Assembly (NCBI GenBank): GCA_963817525.1
Contig: CAWFOU010000001.1
Location: forward strand, 288,001-352,000
From: an uncultured archaeon
GTDB taxonomy: Archaea > Thermoproteota > Nitrososphaeria > Nitrososphaerales > Gagatemarchaeaceae
Direction: 5' to 3'
DNA: 64,000 nucleotides
Part shown: positions 36,650-46,264 of the stretch, piece by piece
How the letters are laid out: each line of letters starts with the position of its first letter
Numbering within the stretch: position 1 is the first letter of the stretch
Program-made: the position numbers and the translations under genes
The notes under the pieces: generated by a model
What the model was told of the DNA's origin: nothing
Seen by the model: the letters and a program-made list of their open reading frames with translations, nothing else
The model's database searches: none

Positions 36650-37315
36650 GTGCTCATAGGCAACTGCAGGTTCGCCGACGACGTCCTCTACGACACGGCA
36701 GCCAACACCTGGGTGCGCTTCGAGGAGGACGGGACGGCCACCGTCGGGATCAACACGGTGCTAGCCTACTTGGGAGGCCCCATCAACTCGGTCTCGTTCA
36801 AGGCCGTCGGCACGGTCGTCGAGAAGGGCAAGGCCCTCGGGGCCATCGAGAGCCCCCGGCACTTCGACACGGTCCGGAGCCCGATCACGGGCAAGGTCAT
36901 AGAGATGAACCCGGCCCTCGTGGGGAACCCCCTCCTGCTCAACCGCGACCCGTACGGCGGCGGGTGGTTCGCGAGGCTCGAGCCCCTCCACAAGCAGGAG
37001 GAGGTCGCGCTAAAGTCTCCGGCTCTCGCACGGGGCGACTTGCAGGCGAGGATCGCCGAACTGAAGATCCGCTGCTTCGCGGAGTTCCCCGACCGGGAGA
37101 TGTACGAGATAGGCACCGAGTGCTCGGCGGTGCTGGTGAGGCTCGACGAGCTCCTGTCGGGCTCCCCGACGGGCACGGTGGTGCACCTCGTCTCGGACGA
37201 CCCCGCGTCCGAGATAGAGATGATCCGCTGGACCGACAGGACGGGGAACCAACTCCTCGAGACGAGAAGGGAGGGGAGCCTGGTGCACTATGTGCTGAAG
37301 AAGACGCAGCCCTGA
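36650..37315 (+). CDS. Glycine cleavage H-like domain fused to a TusA/SirA-like domain
   Basis: TWVRFEEDGTATVGI, SPITGKVIEMN, NRDPYGGGW; C-term GTEC..LVSDDPASEIEMIRW. Confidence 0.82.
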   Translation: MLIGNCRFADDVLYDTAANTWVRFEEDGTATVGINTVLAYLGGPINSVSFKAVGTVVEKGKALGAIESPRHFDTVRSPITGKVIEMNPALVGNPLLLNRDPYGGGWFARLEPLHKQEEVALKSPALARGDLQARIAELKIRCFAEFPDREMYEIGTECSAVLVRLDELLSGSPTGTVVHLVSDDPASEIEMIRWTDRTGNQLLETRREGSLVHYVLKKTQP

Positions 37316-37379
37316 GCCTTGCGCAGAAAGATGAGCGGACGGGGGCCCCGAAAAGGGGAGCCCCGCGCCCCTGGAAACC

Positions 37380-38234
37380 CTACTTCTCGACCGGCGTGCC
37401 CACCGAGTTGCCCCACTCCGTCCAAGAGCCGTCGTAGTTCTTGACGTTGGGGTAGCCCAGCAGGTACTTGAGGACGAACCACGAATGAGACGACCTCTCT
37501 CCTATCCTGCAGTAGGTGATCACTTCCTTGTCAGAGGTCACGCCCTTTGGTAGGTAGAGAGCCTCCAGGTCCTTACGGGCCTTGAACGTCCCGTCGGCGT
37601 CGTTCACCGCCTGCGCCCAGGGGATGTTCTTCGCTCCGGGGATGTGCCCTCCCCGCTGCGCGTGCTCCGTCGGGTACTCCGGGGGCGCGAGGATCTCGCC
37701 GCTGAACTCCTTCGGCCCTCTCACGTCGACCAGGACCTTGTCGCCCAGCCGGATGGCCTGCAGGACATAGTCCTTGTAGACCCTCAGGGAAGGGTCGGGG
37801 GCGCCGAGCTTGTAGCTGGTATTCTGCGGCGCGGGGACGTCCTTGGAGACAGGCTTGTCCTCGAGGAGCCACTTCTTCCTTCCCCCGTTCATGAGTCTGA
37901 CCTTCTCCACTCCGAGGTACTTGAAGACCCAGAACGCGAAGGTCGCGAACCAGTTGTTAAAGTCCCCGTAGAGGATGACCCAGGTGTCGTCGGTGATACC
38001 GGCGTTGCCGAACAGGGCCTCGAGCTGCTCCTTGCTCAGGATGTCTCTCCGCACGGGGTCGTTGATGTCCTTCTTCCAGTCGAACAGGACGGCCCCGGGG
38101 ATGTGACCCGTGTTGTAGTTTGCAGCCGGATCGTAGTCGACCTCGGCGATCCTCACGTTTGCGTCGTTGTGGTGCTGAAGCACCCAGTTGGTGTCTACGA
38201 GGACCTCAGGGTGCGCATATTCAACGGTACTCAT
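37380..38234 (-). CDS. Thiosulfate sulfurtransferase (tandem rhodanese)
   Basis: GHIPGA twice, LMNGGRKKW, YCRIGERSS, YDGSWTEW. Confidence 0.95.
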   Translation of the reverse strand: MSTVEYAHPEVLVDTNWVLQHHNDANVRIAEVDYDPAANYNTGHIPGAVLFDWKKDINDPVRRDILSKEQLEALFGNAGITDDTWVILYGDFNNWFATFAFWVFKYLGVEKVRLMNGGRKKWLLEDKPVSKDVPAPQNTSYKLGAPDPSLRVYKDYVLQAIRLGDKVLVDVRGPKEFSGEILAPPEYPTEHAQRGGHIPGAKNIPWAQAVNDADGTFKARKDLEALYLPKGVTSDKEVITYCRIGERSSHSWFVLKYLLGYPNVKNYDGSWTEWGNSVGTPVEK

Positions 38235-38275
38235 ATTTTCAGCAACCCCATTATTCTCTATATTAATACCATTGC

Positions 38276-38294
38276 TCGCAATATTCTATTGCGA
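38276..38294. promoter_or_regulatory. Palindromic operator candidate upstream of the sulfurtransferase TATA box
   Basis: TCGCAATA-ttc-TATTGCGA perfect 8-bp arms. Confidence 0.55.
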
Positions 38295-38409
38295 ATCGCC
38301 CTTGCCGGCGGGAGTCGGAGTTGGTGGGCGGCCGTCCGAAAGGGGCCCGACGAGGGGCGGATGAGACCTCAAACCTTTATGCGCACTTTGCGACCGGATG
38401 GTAGCGACA

Positions 38410-39728
38410 TGTCAGGACTCACCGGCTACCGGGGGCCCTCGGAGAAAATCCTCGCCGAGGCGGGAGCGAGCATCGGCGACGTCCTCGAGGTCCAGGCAGG
38501 AGGGGAGACCGTCAGGGGGACGCTGGTCCCCAGGTACGAGCACGACGACGACAGGCACATCGTGATCAAGCTGAAGAGCGGCTACAACGTAGGCATCTCG
38601 GTAGAGAAGGTCTCGAAGGTCGTGAGGGTGGCCAAGGGCGAGGCCCCCAAGTTCGTCTCGCCCAAGAAGGTCGAGGGGAATGACCTCCCTCAGGTCTCGA
38701 TCCTGGGCACGGGAGGGACCATCGCCTCCAGGGTCGACTACCGGACGGGCGGGGTCCACCCGGCCACGACCGCGGAGGAGCTGTACTCCCTGTTCCCGGA
38801 GCTCTCCGAGATCGCGAGCGTCAGCCCGGAGATAGTAATGAGCGTCTTCAGCGAGAACCTGGAGCCCGGGCACTGGGAGACCATCGCGAAGAAGGCCACC
38901 GAAGTAGTCACGAAGGGGGTCAGGGGGATCATCGTGACGACCGGGACCGACACCATGGGGTACACCGCGGCGGGGCTCAGCTTCGCCCTCAGGGGGCTCC
39001 CGGTCCCCCTCTTCATCGTGGGCTCGCAGCGCTCCTCCGACAGGCCCTCCTCTGACGCCTTCCTCAACCTGATCGGGGCGGCCACGATGGCGGTCAAGGT
39101 CGACTTCTCGGGGGTGTACGTGGTGATGCACGCGGACTCGAGCGACGACAGGCTGGCGGTGCACAGGGGGACGAGGGTGCGCAAGAACCACACGAGCGCT
39201 AGGGACGCCTTCGAGTCCATGGGCGTCGAGCCGGTCGGCATTTGGTCAAGGCAGGGGTTCGAGCTGACGGCCAGGGATCCGCCGCCTCCGCGCGGCGACT
39301 CTGGAGGCTTCGCCTCGAAGCCCAAGTTCGACCCGCGCGCGGCTCTCGTGAAGTTCTACCCGTCGATGCCCACTGAGTACCTGGGAGCGCTCCTCTCGTC
39401 AGGCCTCCACGGGGTGGTCTTCGAAGGGACGGGGCTCGGGCACATCAACAGCAAGAACATCGACAACGTGAAGAAGTTCGTCTCTGGCGGAGGAGTCGCC
39501 TGCATGACATCCCAGTGCCTGTGGGGGAGGGTCGACATGAACGTCTACGACACGGGGAGGGATTTGCTAAAGGCGGGGGTCGTACCCCTCGAGGACATGC
39601 TCCCCGAGACAGCCATCGCGAAGCTGATGTGGGCGCTAGCGAACACAAAATCCGCGGAGGAGACGGCGAAGGTGATGCGCGAGAACCTAGCGGGCGAGAC
39701 GACCGTCAGGTCGGTCCAGAGGAGGTAG
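38410..39728 (+). CDS. gatD: Glu-tRNA(Gln) amidotransferase subunit D
   Basis: KLKSGYNVG, GTGGTIASRVDYRTG, GTDTM, GSQRSSDRPSSD, GTGLGH. Confidence 0.96.
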
Positions 39729-41650
39729 CTAGCACGGAGAGACCCACAGGCGCGAGCCTCCCCTTCGACCCCGAGGCCTGCCAGCTCAGGGTGGGCCTAG
39801 AGATCCATCAGCAGCTTGCTACCAGCACCAAGCTCTTCTGCCCCTGCCCTATCGTAAAGTCCGAGGAGCTCCCTCTCTCCTTCGAGAGGAGGCTGCGCCC
39901 GACCCAGAGCGAGCTCGGCCAGATAGACCCCGCCGCGGTCTTCGAGTTCAACAAGGGGCGGGTCAACCTCTACAAGTGGAACCCCGAGTCGGCGTGCCTC
40001 GTCGACGCAGACGAGGAGCCCCCCCACCCGCCCAACGGCGAGGCCATCGAGACCGCCATGCTCATGGCAGAGGTGCTGGGGTCGAGCACCGTCGACGAGG
40101 TGCACGTGATGCGCAAGCTGGTCATCGACGGGTCCAACACGTCGGGGTTTCAGAGGACCGCGATCATCGCGCTCGGGGGGGCGCTCCGCGTCCTCGCCCC
40201 CCGCCCGTTCAAGGTGGGAGTCCAGACGATCACCGTGGAGGAGGACTCTTCGCGGGTCCTGAGGGAGGGGAGCCGAGCGAGGGAGTACGCCCTCGACAGG
40301 ATGGGCGTCCCTCTCGTCGAGATAGCGCTCGACCACGTCGTCGGTATCCCGGAGGAAGTGGAGGCCGTCGCCCTCACGCTTGGCAGGTCCCTCCGCTCGA
40401 CGGGGCGGGTGACGAGGGGCCAGGGGACGATCCGGCAGGACCTGAACGTCTCGCTTCTTGGGGGCCAGGTGGTCGAGGTCAAGGGCGTCCAGAAGCTGAA
40501 CCTGATCGCGAAGGTCGTCCGCTACGAGGCGACCCGACAGATGGGGATGGTCAGGATCGCCGACGAGATCAAGAAGAAGATCGCGGAGGTCGAGTGCAGG
40601 TCGCTCGACGTCACCTCGGCCCTCAGGGGGACCGCCTCCCCGATCCTCAAGCGCATCGTCCAGAAGGGGGGCGTCGTCACCTGCGTCTCCGTCGCGGGCT
40701 TTCATGGCCTCCTCGGCTTCGAGCCGTTCCCCGGGATCCGTCTCGGTAAAGAGCTCGCGGAGATTGCCAGGACGAACGGCCTCGGCGGGGTGATACACTC
40801 CGACGAGTTCGCGAAGCAGGGGCTGACCGAGGAGGAGTCCGTGGCGCTGCGCGCCCTCACAGGGTCCGACTCCGGGGCGGGGCTCGTCCTCATCGCTGGG
40901 GAGCCAGAAAGCGTCGAGACCGTGTCCGCGCTCGTCATCGAGCGCCTCAAGAGGGCCCCCCTAGGCGTCCTGGGGGAGACCAGGGCGGCGACGGACGAAG
41001 GCGAGACGAGGTACCTGAGGCCCCGACCCGGCGCGGCGAGGATGTATCCGGAGACGGACATCCCCGAGATAGTCGTTGCGGAGGAGTGGAAGCAGAGGCT
41101 CAAGACGATGCTCCCCGTGCCGTGGAGGGAGAAGGTGGCCGGATACTCGAAGAAGTACTCGCTGAGCGAGGAGGCGGCCCTCCAGCTCTACGACTCCGAC
41201 AACGCGAAGCTATTCGAGGAGCTCGCGGGTCGGCTCGAGCTCGAGCCCTCGGTGATAGCCTCGATGTTGGTCGAGCTCCCGGTGCGCCTCTCGAGGGAGG
41301 GCGTGGACGAGTCTAAGATCACGCCCGAGACCCTCTCGTCGGTCCTCGAGGCGGTCGACGAGGAGAGGTTCGCGAAGGAGGCGGCGATCGAGGTCCTCCG
41401 GGCCATAGGGAGGGGCGACGCGCGAGGCGTCGACGAGGCGGTCTCGAAGCTCGGCCTGACCGGGATGAGCGACGAAGAGCTCAAGAAGATCATCGCCGGC
41501 GTGGTGAAAAGAAACAAGCAAGTCGTGAGGGAGAAGGGGGACCGCGCGTTCAGCGTCCTCATGGGCGAGGTGATGAAGCTCGCGAGGGGGAAGGTCGACG
41601 GAAAGAAGGTCAGCAAGATGCTGAAGCAAGCGATAGACGACGCCCGCTGA
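39725..41650 (+). CDS. gatE: Glu-tRNA(Gln) amidotransferase subunit E (start codon unclear)
   Basis: VGLEIHQQL, MRKLVIDGSNTSGFQRT, GTIRQDLNVS, RPRPGAARMYPETD. Confidence 0.95.
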   Translation, partial: VASTERPTGASLPFDPEACQLRVGLEIHQQLATSTKLFCPCPIVKSEELPLSFERRLRPTQSELGQIDPAAVFEFNKGRVNLYKWNPESACLVDADEEPPHPPNGEAIETAMLMAEVLGSSTVDEVHVMRKLVIDGSNTSGFQRTAIIALGGALRVLAPRPFKVGVQTITVEEDSSRVLREGSRAREYALDRMGVPLVEIALDHVVGIPEEVEAVALTLGRSLRSTGRVTRGQGTIRQDLNVSLLGGQVVEVKGVQKLNLIAKVVRYEATRQMGMVRIADEIKKKIAEVECRSLDVTSALRGTASPILKRIVQKGGVVTCVSVAGFHGLLGFEPFPGIRLGKELAEIARTNGLGGVIHSDEFAKQGLTEEESVALRALTGSDSGAGLVLIAGEPESVETVSALVIERLKRAPLGVLGETRAATDEGETRYLRPRPGAARMYPETDIPEIVVAEEWKQRLKTMLPVPWREKVAGYSKKYSLSEEAALQLYDSDNAKLFEELAGRLELEPSVIASMLVELPVRLSREGVDESKITPETLSSVLEAVDEERFAKEAAIEVLRAIGRGDARGVDEAVSKLGLTGMSDEELKKIIAGVVKRNKQVVREKGDRAFSVLMGEVMKLARGKVDGKKVSKMLKQAIDDAR

Positions 41651-41708
41651 TTTCTCGAATGTGTCGAAGGACGCTTAAATAACGATGAATCCCTTGTGGC
41701 GCTCGTCG

Positions 41709-42296
41709 ATGTCAGAAGACTCGAGGAACGTCAAGATAAGAGTAAGGTCAGGAGACAGCGAAGCGGAGATCGAAGCGTCGTTCTCCGACGTCATCGAAGC
41801 TATCGAGCTCATACCAAAGGTCCTTGCGAAGCTCCCGCAGCCAGGGACCGAGAGGAGACAGGCGCCTCTCGCCTCTGAGATGGACATCACCGCGCCGGCA
41901 CCGAGGGATTTCGCGCTAGCGACCACCTCCGCCTCGCAGTCGTCCATGCCGCTCGTGACGATAGAGAAGGGGGATTCGCTCAGCGAAGTGATCTCAAAGT
42001 TCTTCGCGGACTCGTGGGGGAGGAGCCCGAAGAAGTTGATGGAAGTGAGGGAGGCGCTCCAGTCGTACGGCCTGAACTACCCGAAGCAATCAGTCGCGGT
42101 CGCGCTGCTGCGCCTCGCCAAGGGCTCCAAGATAAGGCGCTTCAAGGGAGAGACGGGCGAGTACGTCTACACCGCCGCTACGGGCGCGGTGCGCGTCCCC
42201 GCGCCGGTGCAACTAGCGGTGGAGGCTCCTCCCGCGCTCGAGGATGTCGTCGTGCAAGAAGAGCAGCTCGACCTCGACGCGCCCGCGGCAAACTAA
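41709..42296 (+). CDS. Hypothetical protein, N-terminal beta-hairpin + C-terminal wHTH
   Basis: VKIRVRSGDSEAEIE; KKLMEVREALQSYGLNY..VAVALLRL..IRR..YVY. Confidence 0.7.
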   Translation: MSEDSRNVKIRVRSGDSEAEIEASFSDVIEAIELIPKVLAKLPQPGTERRQAPLASEMDITAPAPRDFALATTSASQSSMPLVTIEKGDSLSEVISKFFADSWGRSPKKLMEVREALQSYGLNYPKQSVAVALLRLAKGSKIRRFKGETGEYVYTAATGAVRVPAPVQLAVEAPPALEDVVVQEEQLDLDAPAAN

Positions 42297-42337
42297 CAAA
42301 CATTTAATCGGGGTCGAATTTCTCCCAGCGTCCGCTC

Positions 42338-42865
42338 TTGTCGGCCGCTCAAGAAAGGCTGCTCTCAGTCTCCGTGAGCTACGGAGACGTGAAGGTCGAG
42401 TTCTCCGGTTCTCCCGATGTGGTCTTCCGGTCTCTCCACGAGTTCATCTCGAAGGAGGTCCCTAACATCGACCTAGCCAAGAGCATCTCGGTCAACTACT
42501 CCCTCAACGACCTGATACAGATGTTCAAGGACTACGTCAGGTTCACCGAGGAGGGCCCCCGGGTCTGGGCACAGGACAAGAGGCTGAGCGACAAGGACGT
42601 CATCGCGCTGCAGCTCGTCGCGGCGAAGGCGGCGATGCTGTCCGGCAGGGCGAAGAGCGACGACATGAACGTGGCGGAGCTCCAGGCGGCCACCAGCCTC
42701 CTAGCCAAGACGATAGGCTCGCGCCTATCAGAGCTGAACAAGTCGGGCGCCGTGGACAGGGTCGAGGGCGAGACCACCGGCAGGTACAGGATCACGACGA
42801 CCGGCGTGCACTGGCTGCACGCGCAGCTCTCGAAGAAGTTCCCGAGGTCGCCTCAGGGTCCCTGA
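42338..42865 (+). CDS. Hypothetical protein, N-terminal beta-hairpin + C-terminal wHTH
   Basis: VSVSYGDVKVEFSG; MNVAELQAAT..KTIGSRLSEL..G.V..GRYRITTTG. Confidence 0.7.
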   Translation: MSAAQERLLSVSVSYGDVKVEFSGSPDVVFRSLHEFISKEVPNIDLAKSISVNYSLNDLIQMFKDYVRFTEEGPRVWAQDKRLSDKDVIALQLVAAKAAMLSGRAKSDDMNVAELQAATSLLAKTIGSRLSELNKSGAVDRVEGETTGRYRITTTGVHWLHAQLSKKFPRSPQGP

Positions 42866-43284
42866 GGCTCGAGCGGCCGCTTCTGGACGTACCTGTAGTT
42901 CCTCATCGTCCCGTCCCTGAACAGGGTCCCCTCGCGGACGAGGTCCACCAGCGCGTGCGAGACCGCCGTGCGGTCGTAGTGGTATCCCCTGCGGGCAAGC
43001 TCCTCGTGCACCTCACCCAGGGTCTTCTCCGAGGCGAACCACCCCTCTCTCCACATCCTCTCGAGCAAGCCCCTGCAAGTGTCGAACCTCTTTCCCTCCT
43101 CTCCCGGGGCGGGCGCGTCCAGCGACGCCTCTATCGAGACCTGCTCCTTCGAGACCATCCCTGCGAGGACGCTCTCCACCGCCCGCTGCACCCTGTCGGG
43201 GGCGCACGTGATCTCTATCTCCCAGGTCCCGCGCTTGAGCCTTACCGTCACGCTGGGCGGGGGAGGCTCACCCGACAACTGCAT
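42853..43284 (-). CDS. Hypothetical protein, N-terminal beta-hairpin + C-terminal wHTH
   Basis: VTVRLKRGTWEIEIT; WFASEKTLGEVHEELARRGYHY..AVSHALVDLVREG. Confidence 0.75.
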   Translation of the reverse strand: MQLSGEPPPPSVTVRLKRGTWEIEITCAPDRVQRAVESVLAGMVSKEQVSIEASLDAPAPGEEGKRFDTCRGLLERMWREGWFASEKTLGEVHEELARRGYHYDRTAVSHALVDLVREGTLFRDGTMRNYRYVQKRPLEPQGP

Positions 43285-43409
43285 CTTCCCCGGGCGTCAT
43301 CACAAGCGGCATGAGGTCCCTTCCTCGTCGATGTAAGACTTCACGCGTCGGGCCCGGAGCGGCATCGGCTCTTTGCCCCGTCCCGGGAGGAATCTCATCT
43401 TGCGCACTA

Positions 43410-43464
43410 GCATGTTGCGCAACACTTATTAATTAAGTTGCGGATAGGCATGTTGCGCAACATG
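43410..43464. promoter_or_regulatory. Two TGTTGCGCAACA palindromes flanking a TTAATTAA box at the nurA promoter
   Basis: GCATGTTGCGCAACA at 43410 and 43448 (38-bp spacing). Confidence 0.75.
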
Positions 43465-44454
43465 AACAATCAATTGAGCGTCGCATCGGTCGTGAGCATG
43501 GACACGCTTGAGGCCCTGGCCAAGGAGTTCAAGCAGCGGTTTGAGCTCTCCTCGGGCCTCATACACGAGAGGCTGGCGGGCAAGGAGTTCATCTTCAACC
43601 ACGATGGGAAGGACGCCTACCCTTTCGCAGGGTGGAGCGAGGCCTGCGACGGGGAGCTCCATCCCATCCTCCCGGTGCAGGAGCAGGAGACAATCGCCTC
43701 CACCGACTCGTCGTGCATCCTCCTCGGCGAGTCCTTCGAGGGGGCGGTCTACGCAGTTAGGGCGGCGGTCGCTTTCAGCTGCGCCGGCCTCGTCAGGGGC
43801 TATTTCCGGGTCGGGCCCACCATCGTCTACCTCTCCGCGAAGGGGGCCTACGGCCTCCCCTCTGACCTCGAGCCGTTCGAGCTCCGCGTCGCATTGACCG
43901 ACCACCAGATAGCCGAGCGCATCATCAGGAACTCCGTGGAGCGAAAGATAGTCTCGGCGCTCGTCTCGTCCCCGCAGATCTCCATCGTGATGGCGGACGG
44001 GTCGCTGAAGCACCCCTTCGAGCTTTATCCCACGGAGATCGGCAAGTCCGAGTCCGACGCGTGCCTCGTCGGCTTTTCAAAGTCCAGCTCGCTGGTGGCC
44101 TCGAGCAGGCTCACCGGGACGGTCTCGAAGGCCATAGGGCCGGCCTACTGCGCCTCCCACGAGGGCCTCGTCCAGACGATAGTCGCGAAGTTCTCCAACG
44201 ACGGCCTCGTCTTCAGGCTCGACGTCGCGCGGCCCGTGGCACAGCTCCAGCGAGTCCTGGGGCTCGTCTTGTACAACGACGGCTTCTCGGTGGGCTACCC
44301 AGAGTCGCTCAGGGCGGCGCACCACCTCTCGGTCTTCTCCAGGTCGGAGGACACCGCCCTCAAGGCATACCTCAGCAAGCGCTACATGCTGAAGCACCTG
44401 CCCGCCTTCGGGCTGCGCAGGATGACCCTCGGCGGGCTGAGCAACTCGGGGTGA
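43462..44454 (+). CDS. nurA: NurA-family 5'-3' nuclease
   Basis: STDSS, MADGSL, GFSKSS, GYPESLRAAHHLS; upstream of herA. Confidence 0.85.
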   Translation: MNNQLSVASVVSMDTLEALAKEFKQRFELSSGLIHERLAGKEFIFNHDGKDAYPFAGWSEACDGELHPILPVQEQETIASTDSSCILLGESFEGAVYAVRAAVAFSCAGLVRGYFRVGPTIVYLSAKGAYGLPSDLEPFELRVALTDHQIAERIIRNSVERKIVSALVSSPQISIVMADGSLKHPFELYPTEIGKSESDACLVGFSKSSSLVASSRLTGTVSKAIGPAYCASHEGLVQTIVAKFSNDGLVFRLDVARPVAQLQRVLGLVLYNDGFSVGYPESLRAAHHLSVFSRSEDTALKAYLSKRYMLKHLPAFGLRRMTLGGLSNSG

Positions 44455-44463
44455 ATCTGGGCG

Positions 44464-45981
44464 ATGAGAATCCTCAGAAAGGAAGGCGCGAACATCCTCG
44501 TTGTGGCCTCCCCCTCAGAGAACGTGAGGCTCGGCGACTACCTCATGGTCTCCGACAAGGACGAGAGGAGCCTGATCCTGCAGATCTACGACGAGCACTA
44601 CCTGGACGTGAGCGGGATCGAGGAGGAGGTGGCGAGGGAGGAGGTCCTCTTCTCGTCCACGCAGGGGGTGACCGAGGACCCCGCGGACGTCGGGACCATC
44701 TCCAAGGAGATACGCGACATGAGGCTCCTCCAGTGCAAGGCGAGGGGGAGCATCGAGCGCGGGACCTATAGCCCCCGCAACGACTGGATACCGTCGAGGA
44801 CCGCCTCAAAGGTCTCCAAGCTCGGCGTCAACGAGCTCCTCGACTTGGTGGGAAGGCCGGGCGAGAGGTTCATCAAGATAGGGAGGTCAGGCAGCAGGAA
44901 CCACCAGTTCAGTATCCCCGCCGAGGCGCTTGACGGCCGCGTCACGATAATCACGGGGAGGAAGGAGTCGGGCAAGTCGCACCTCGCGAAGATGCTCGTC
45001 AGGGGGCTCGTCCAGCAGGGGGCCTACTGCATAGTCTTCGACCTCAACGACGAGTACGGCAGCATCGGGATGAAGGCCGACGGGAGCAGCACGGAGATCG
45101 CGAAGAAGGTGGACGTCAGGCGGCCCGGGCGCAACCTGAAGTTCTCTCTCGCCGGGGCGGGCCTCCGCGCCATCACCTCGCTCCTCCAGCACTCGCTGGA
45201 CATGACGGGCACCTCGATCAGGGAGTTCATCCGCATCTGGGAGGCCATGGAGGCCAAGCAAGAGCTGGGGATGACGTCCCTCGGGAACTACATCCAGCAG
45301 TGGCGCTGCAACGAGTTCGTACGCGACGCGCTCTACTCGAGGTTCTTCACGCTCTCGAACTCTGGGATCTTTTACGAGGGGAAGGTCGGGGACCCGGACA
45401 CGAGGGACGACGACGCAATCGAGACCTTCTTCCAGACGCACCCCGAGGGCGGCGCCCTCGTCATCTCGCTGACCCGGACGTCCCCCCTCAACCGGAGGAT
45501 GACCGTGGAGCTCGTCCTCTCGAAGCTGGTGGACCTCCTCGAGCACCGCAAGATCCCGCCGGTCTTCCTCCTCTCAGAGGAGGCCCACCTATACCTCCGC
45601 GACACGTACTGGGAGGACCTCATCACCAGGATGAGGCACTTCGGGGTCTTTGCCACCTTCGTCACCAACCAGCCGGACGCCATCAAGCAGGAGATCTACA
45701 GGCAGGCAGACAACATCTTCCTCTACAACTTCTCGAACGACTCCGACCTATCGTTGGTCTCCCAGGCCTCGATGGTCGACACGGACACCGTAAGGTCCAT
45801 AGTCCGGACGCTCCCGCCGAGGATGTGCCTGGCCCTGGGGCACGCGGTCAGCAACCTCCCAATCCTGGTCAACGTGGACGCTTTCGACTCGCCGCCGACT
45901 GGCCTCACGAGGCTCTTCTTCCAGAAGGAGGCGGGCGCCGTGAGCGTGGCTGTCCGCGGCCGAAGGAGCGCCGAGCCATGA
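44464..45981 (+). CDS. herA: HerA-family helicase/ATPase
   Basis: HAS-like N-term, GRKESGKS, FDLNDEY, EEAH, RMRHFG..TNQP. Confidence 0.88.
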   Translation: MRILRKEGANILVVASPSENVRLGDYLMVSDKDERSLILQIYDEHYLDVSGIEEEVAREEVLFSSTQGVTEDPADVGTISKEIRDMRLLQCKARGSIERGTYSPRNDWIPSRTASKVSKLGVNELLDLVGRPGERFIKIGRSGSRNHQFSIPAEALDGRVTIITGRKESGKSHLAKMLVRGLVQQGAYCIVFDLNDEYGSIGMKADGSSTEIAKKVDVRRPGRNLKFSLAGAGLRAITSLLQHSLDMTGTSIREFIRIWEAMEAKQELGMTSLGNYIQQWRCNEFVRDALYSRFFTLSNSGIFYEGKVGDPDTRDDDAIETFFQTHPEGGALVISLTRTSPLNRRMTVELVLSKLVDLLEHRKIPPVFLLSEEAHLYLRDTYWEDLITRMRHFGVFATFVTNQPDAIKQEIYRQADNIFLYNFSNDSDLSLVSQASMVDTDTVRSIVRTLPPRMCLALGHAVSNLPILVNVDAFDSPPTGLTRLFFQKEAGAVSVAVRGRRSAEP

Positions 45982-46238
45982 CCACCGAGAGCCTCGCCCC
46001 TCCCATGGGCGGGGGCATCCAGCCGGAGCCGAGGGCGAACGCCGTGGCTTGCGCCTTCTGCAGGAGGAGGCTCGCGGAGGAGTACTACTTCACCTGCCGA
46101 AGGTGCGAGGAGTCGTACTGCTACATCCACATGTCACGCCACCTCCCCGCCCGCTGCGGACGTCGCATCCCCGTCGAGGTCTCCAGCCCCCTGCTCGTCG
46201 CGGGGGCGAGGCGCGGCCGCTCTTCGGCAAATGTTTAA
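45978..46238 (+). CDS. Small AN1-like zinc-finger protein
   Basis: CAFC..YFTCRRCEESYCYIH..H..C; ATGA overlap with the herA stop. Confidence 0.7.
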   Translation: MTTESLAPPMGGGIQPEPRANAVACAFCRRRLAEEYYFTCRRCEESYCYIHMSRHLPARCGRRIPVEVSSPLLVAGARRGRSSANV

Positions 46239-46264
46239 TACTTATTCACTTTGTTTTCGGCGCT

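Noticed and set aside
37644-38409. N-terminal extension of GatD in the 694-aa ORF
   Set aside because: It overlaps the antisense rhodanese and its promoter; the real start is ATG 38410.
39735-39770. Possible BHB intron at the gatE 5' end (GGAG-AGA...CTCC)
   Set aside because: No intron stem adjacent to the bulge and no frame disruption to repair.
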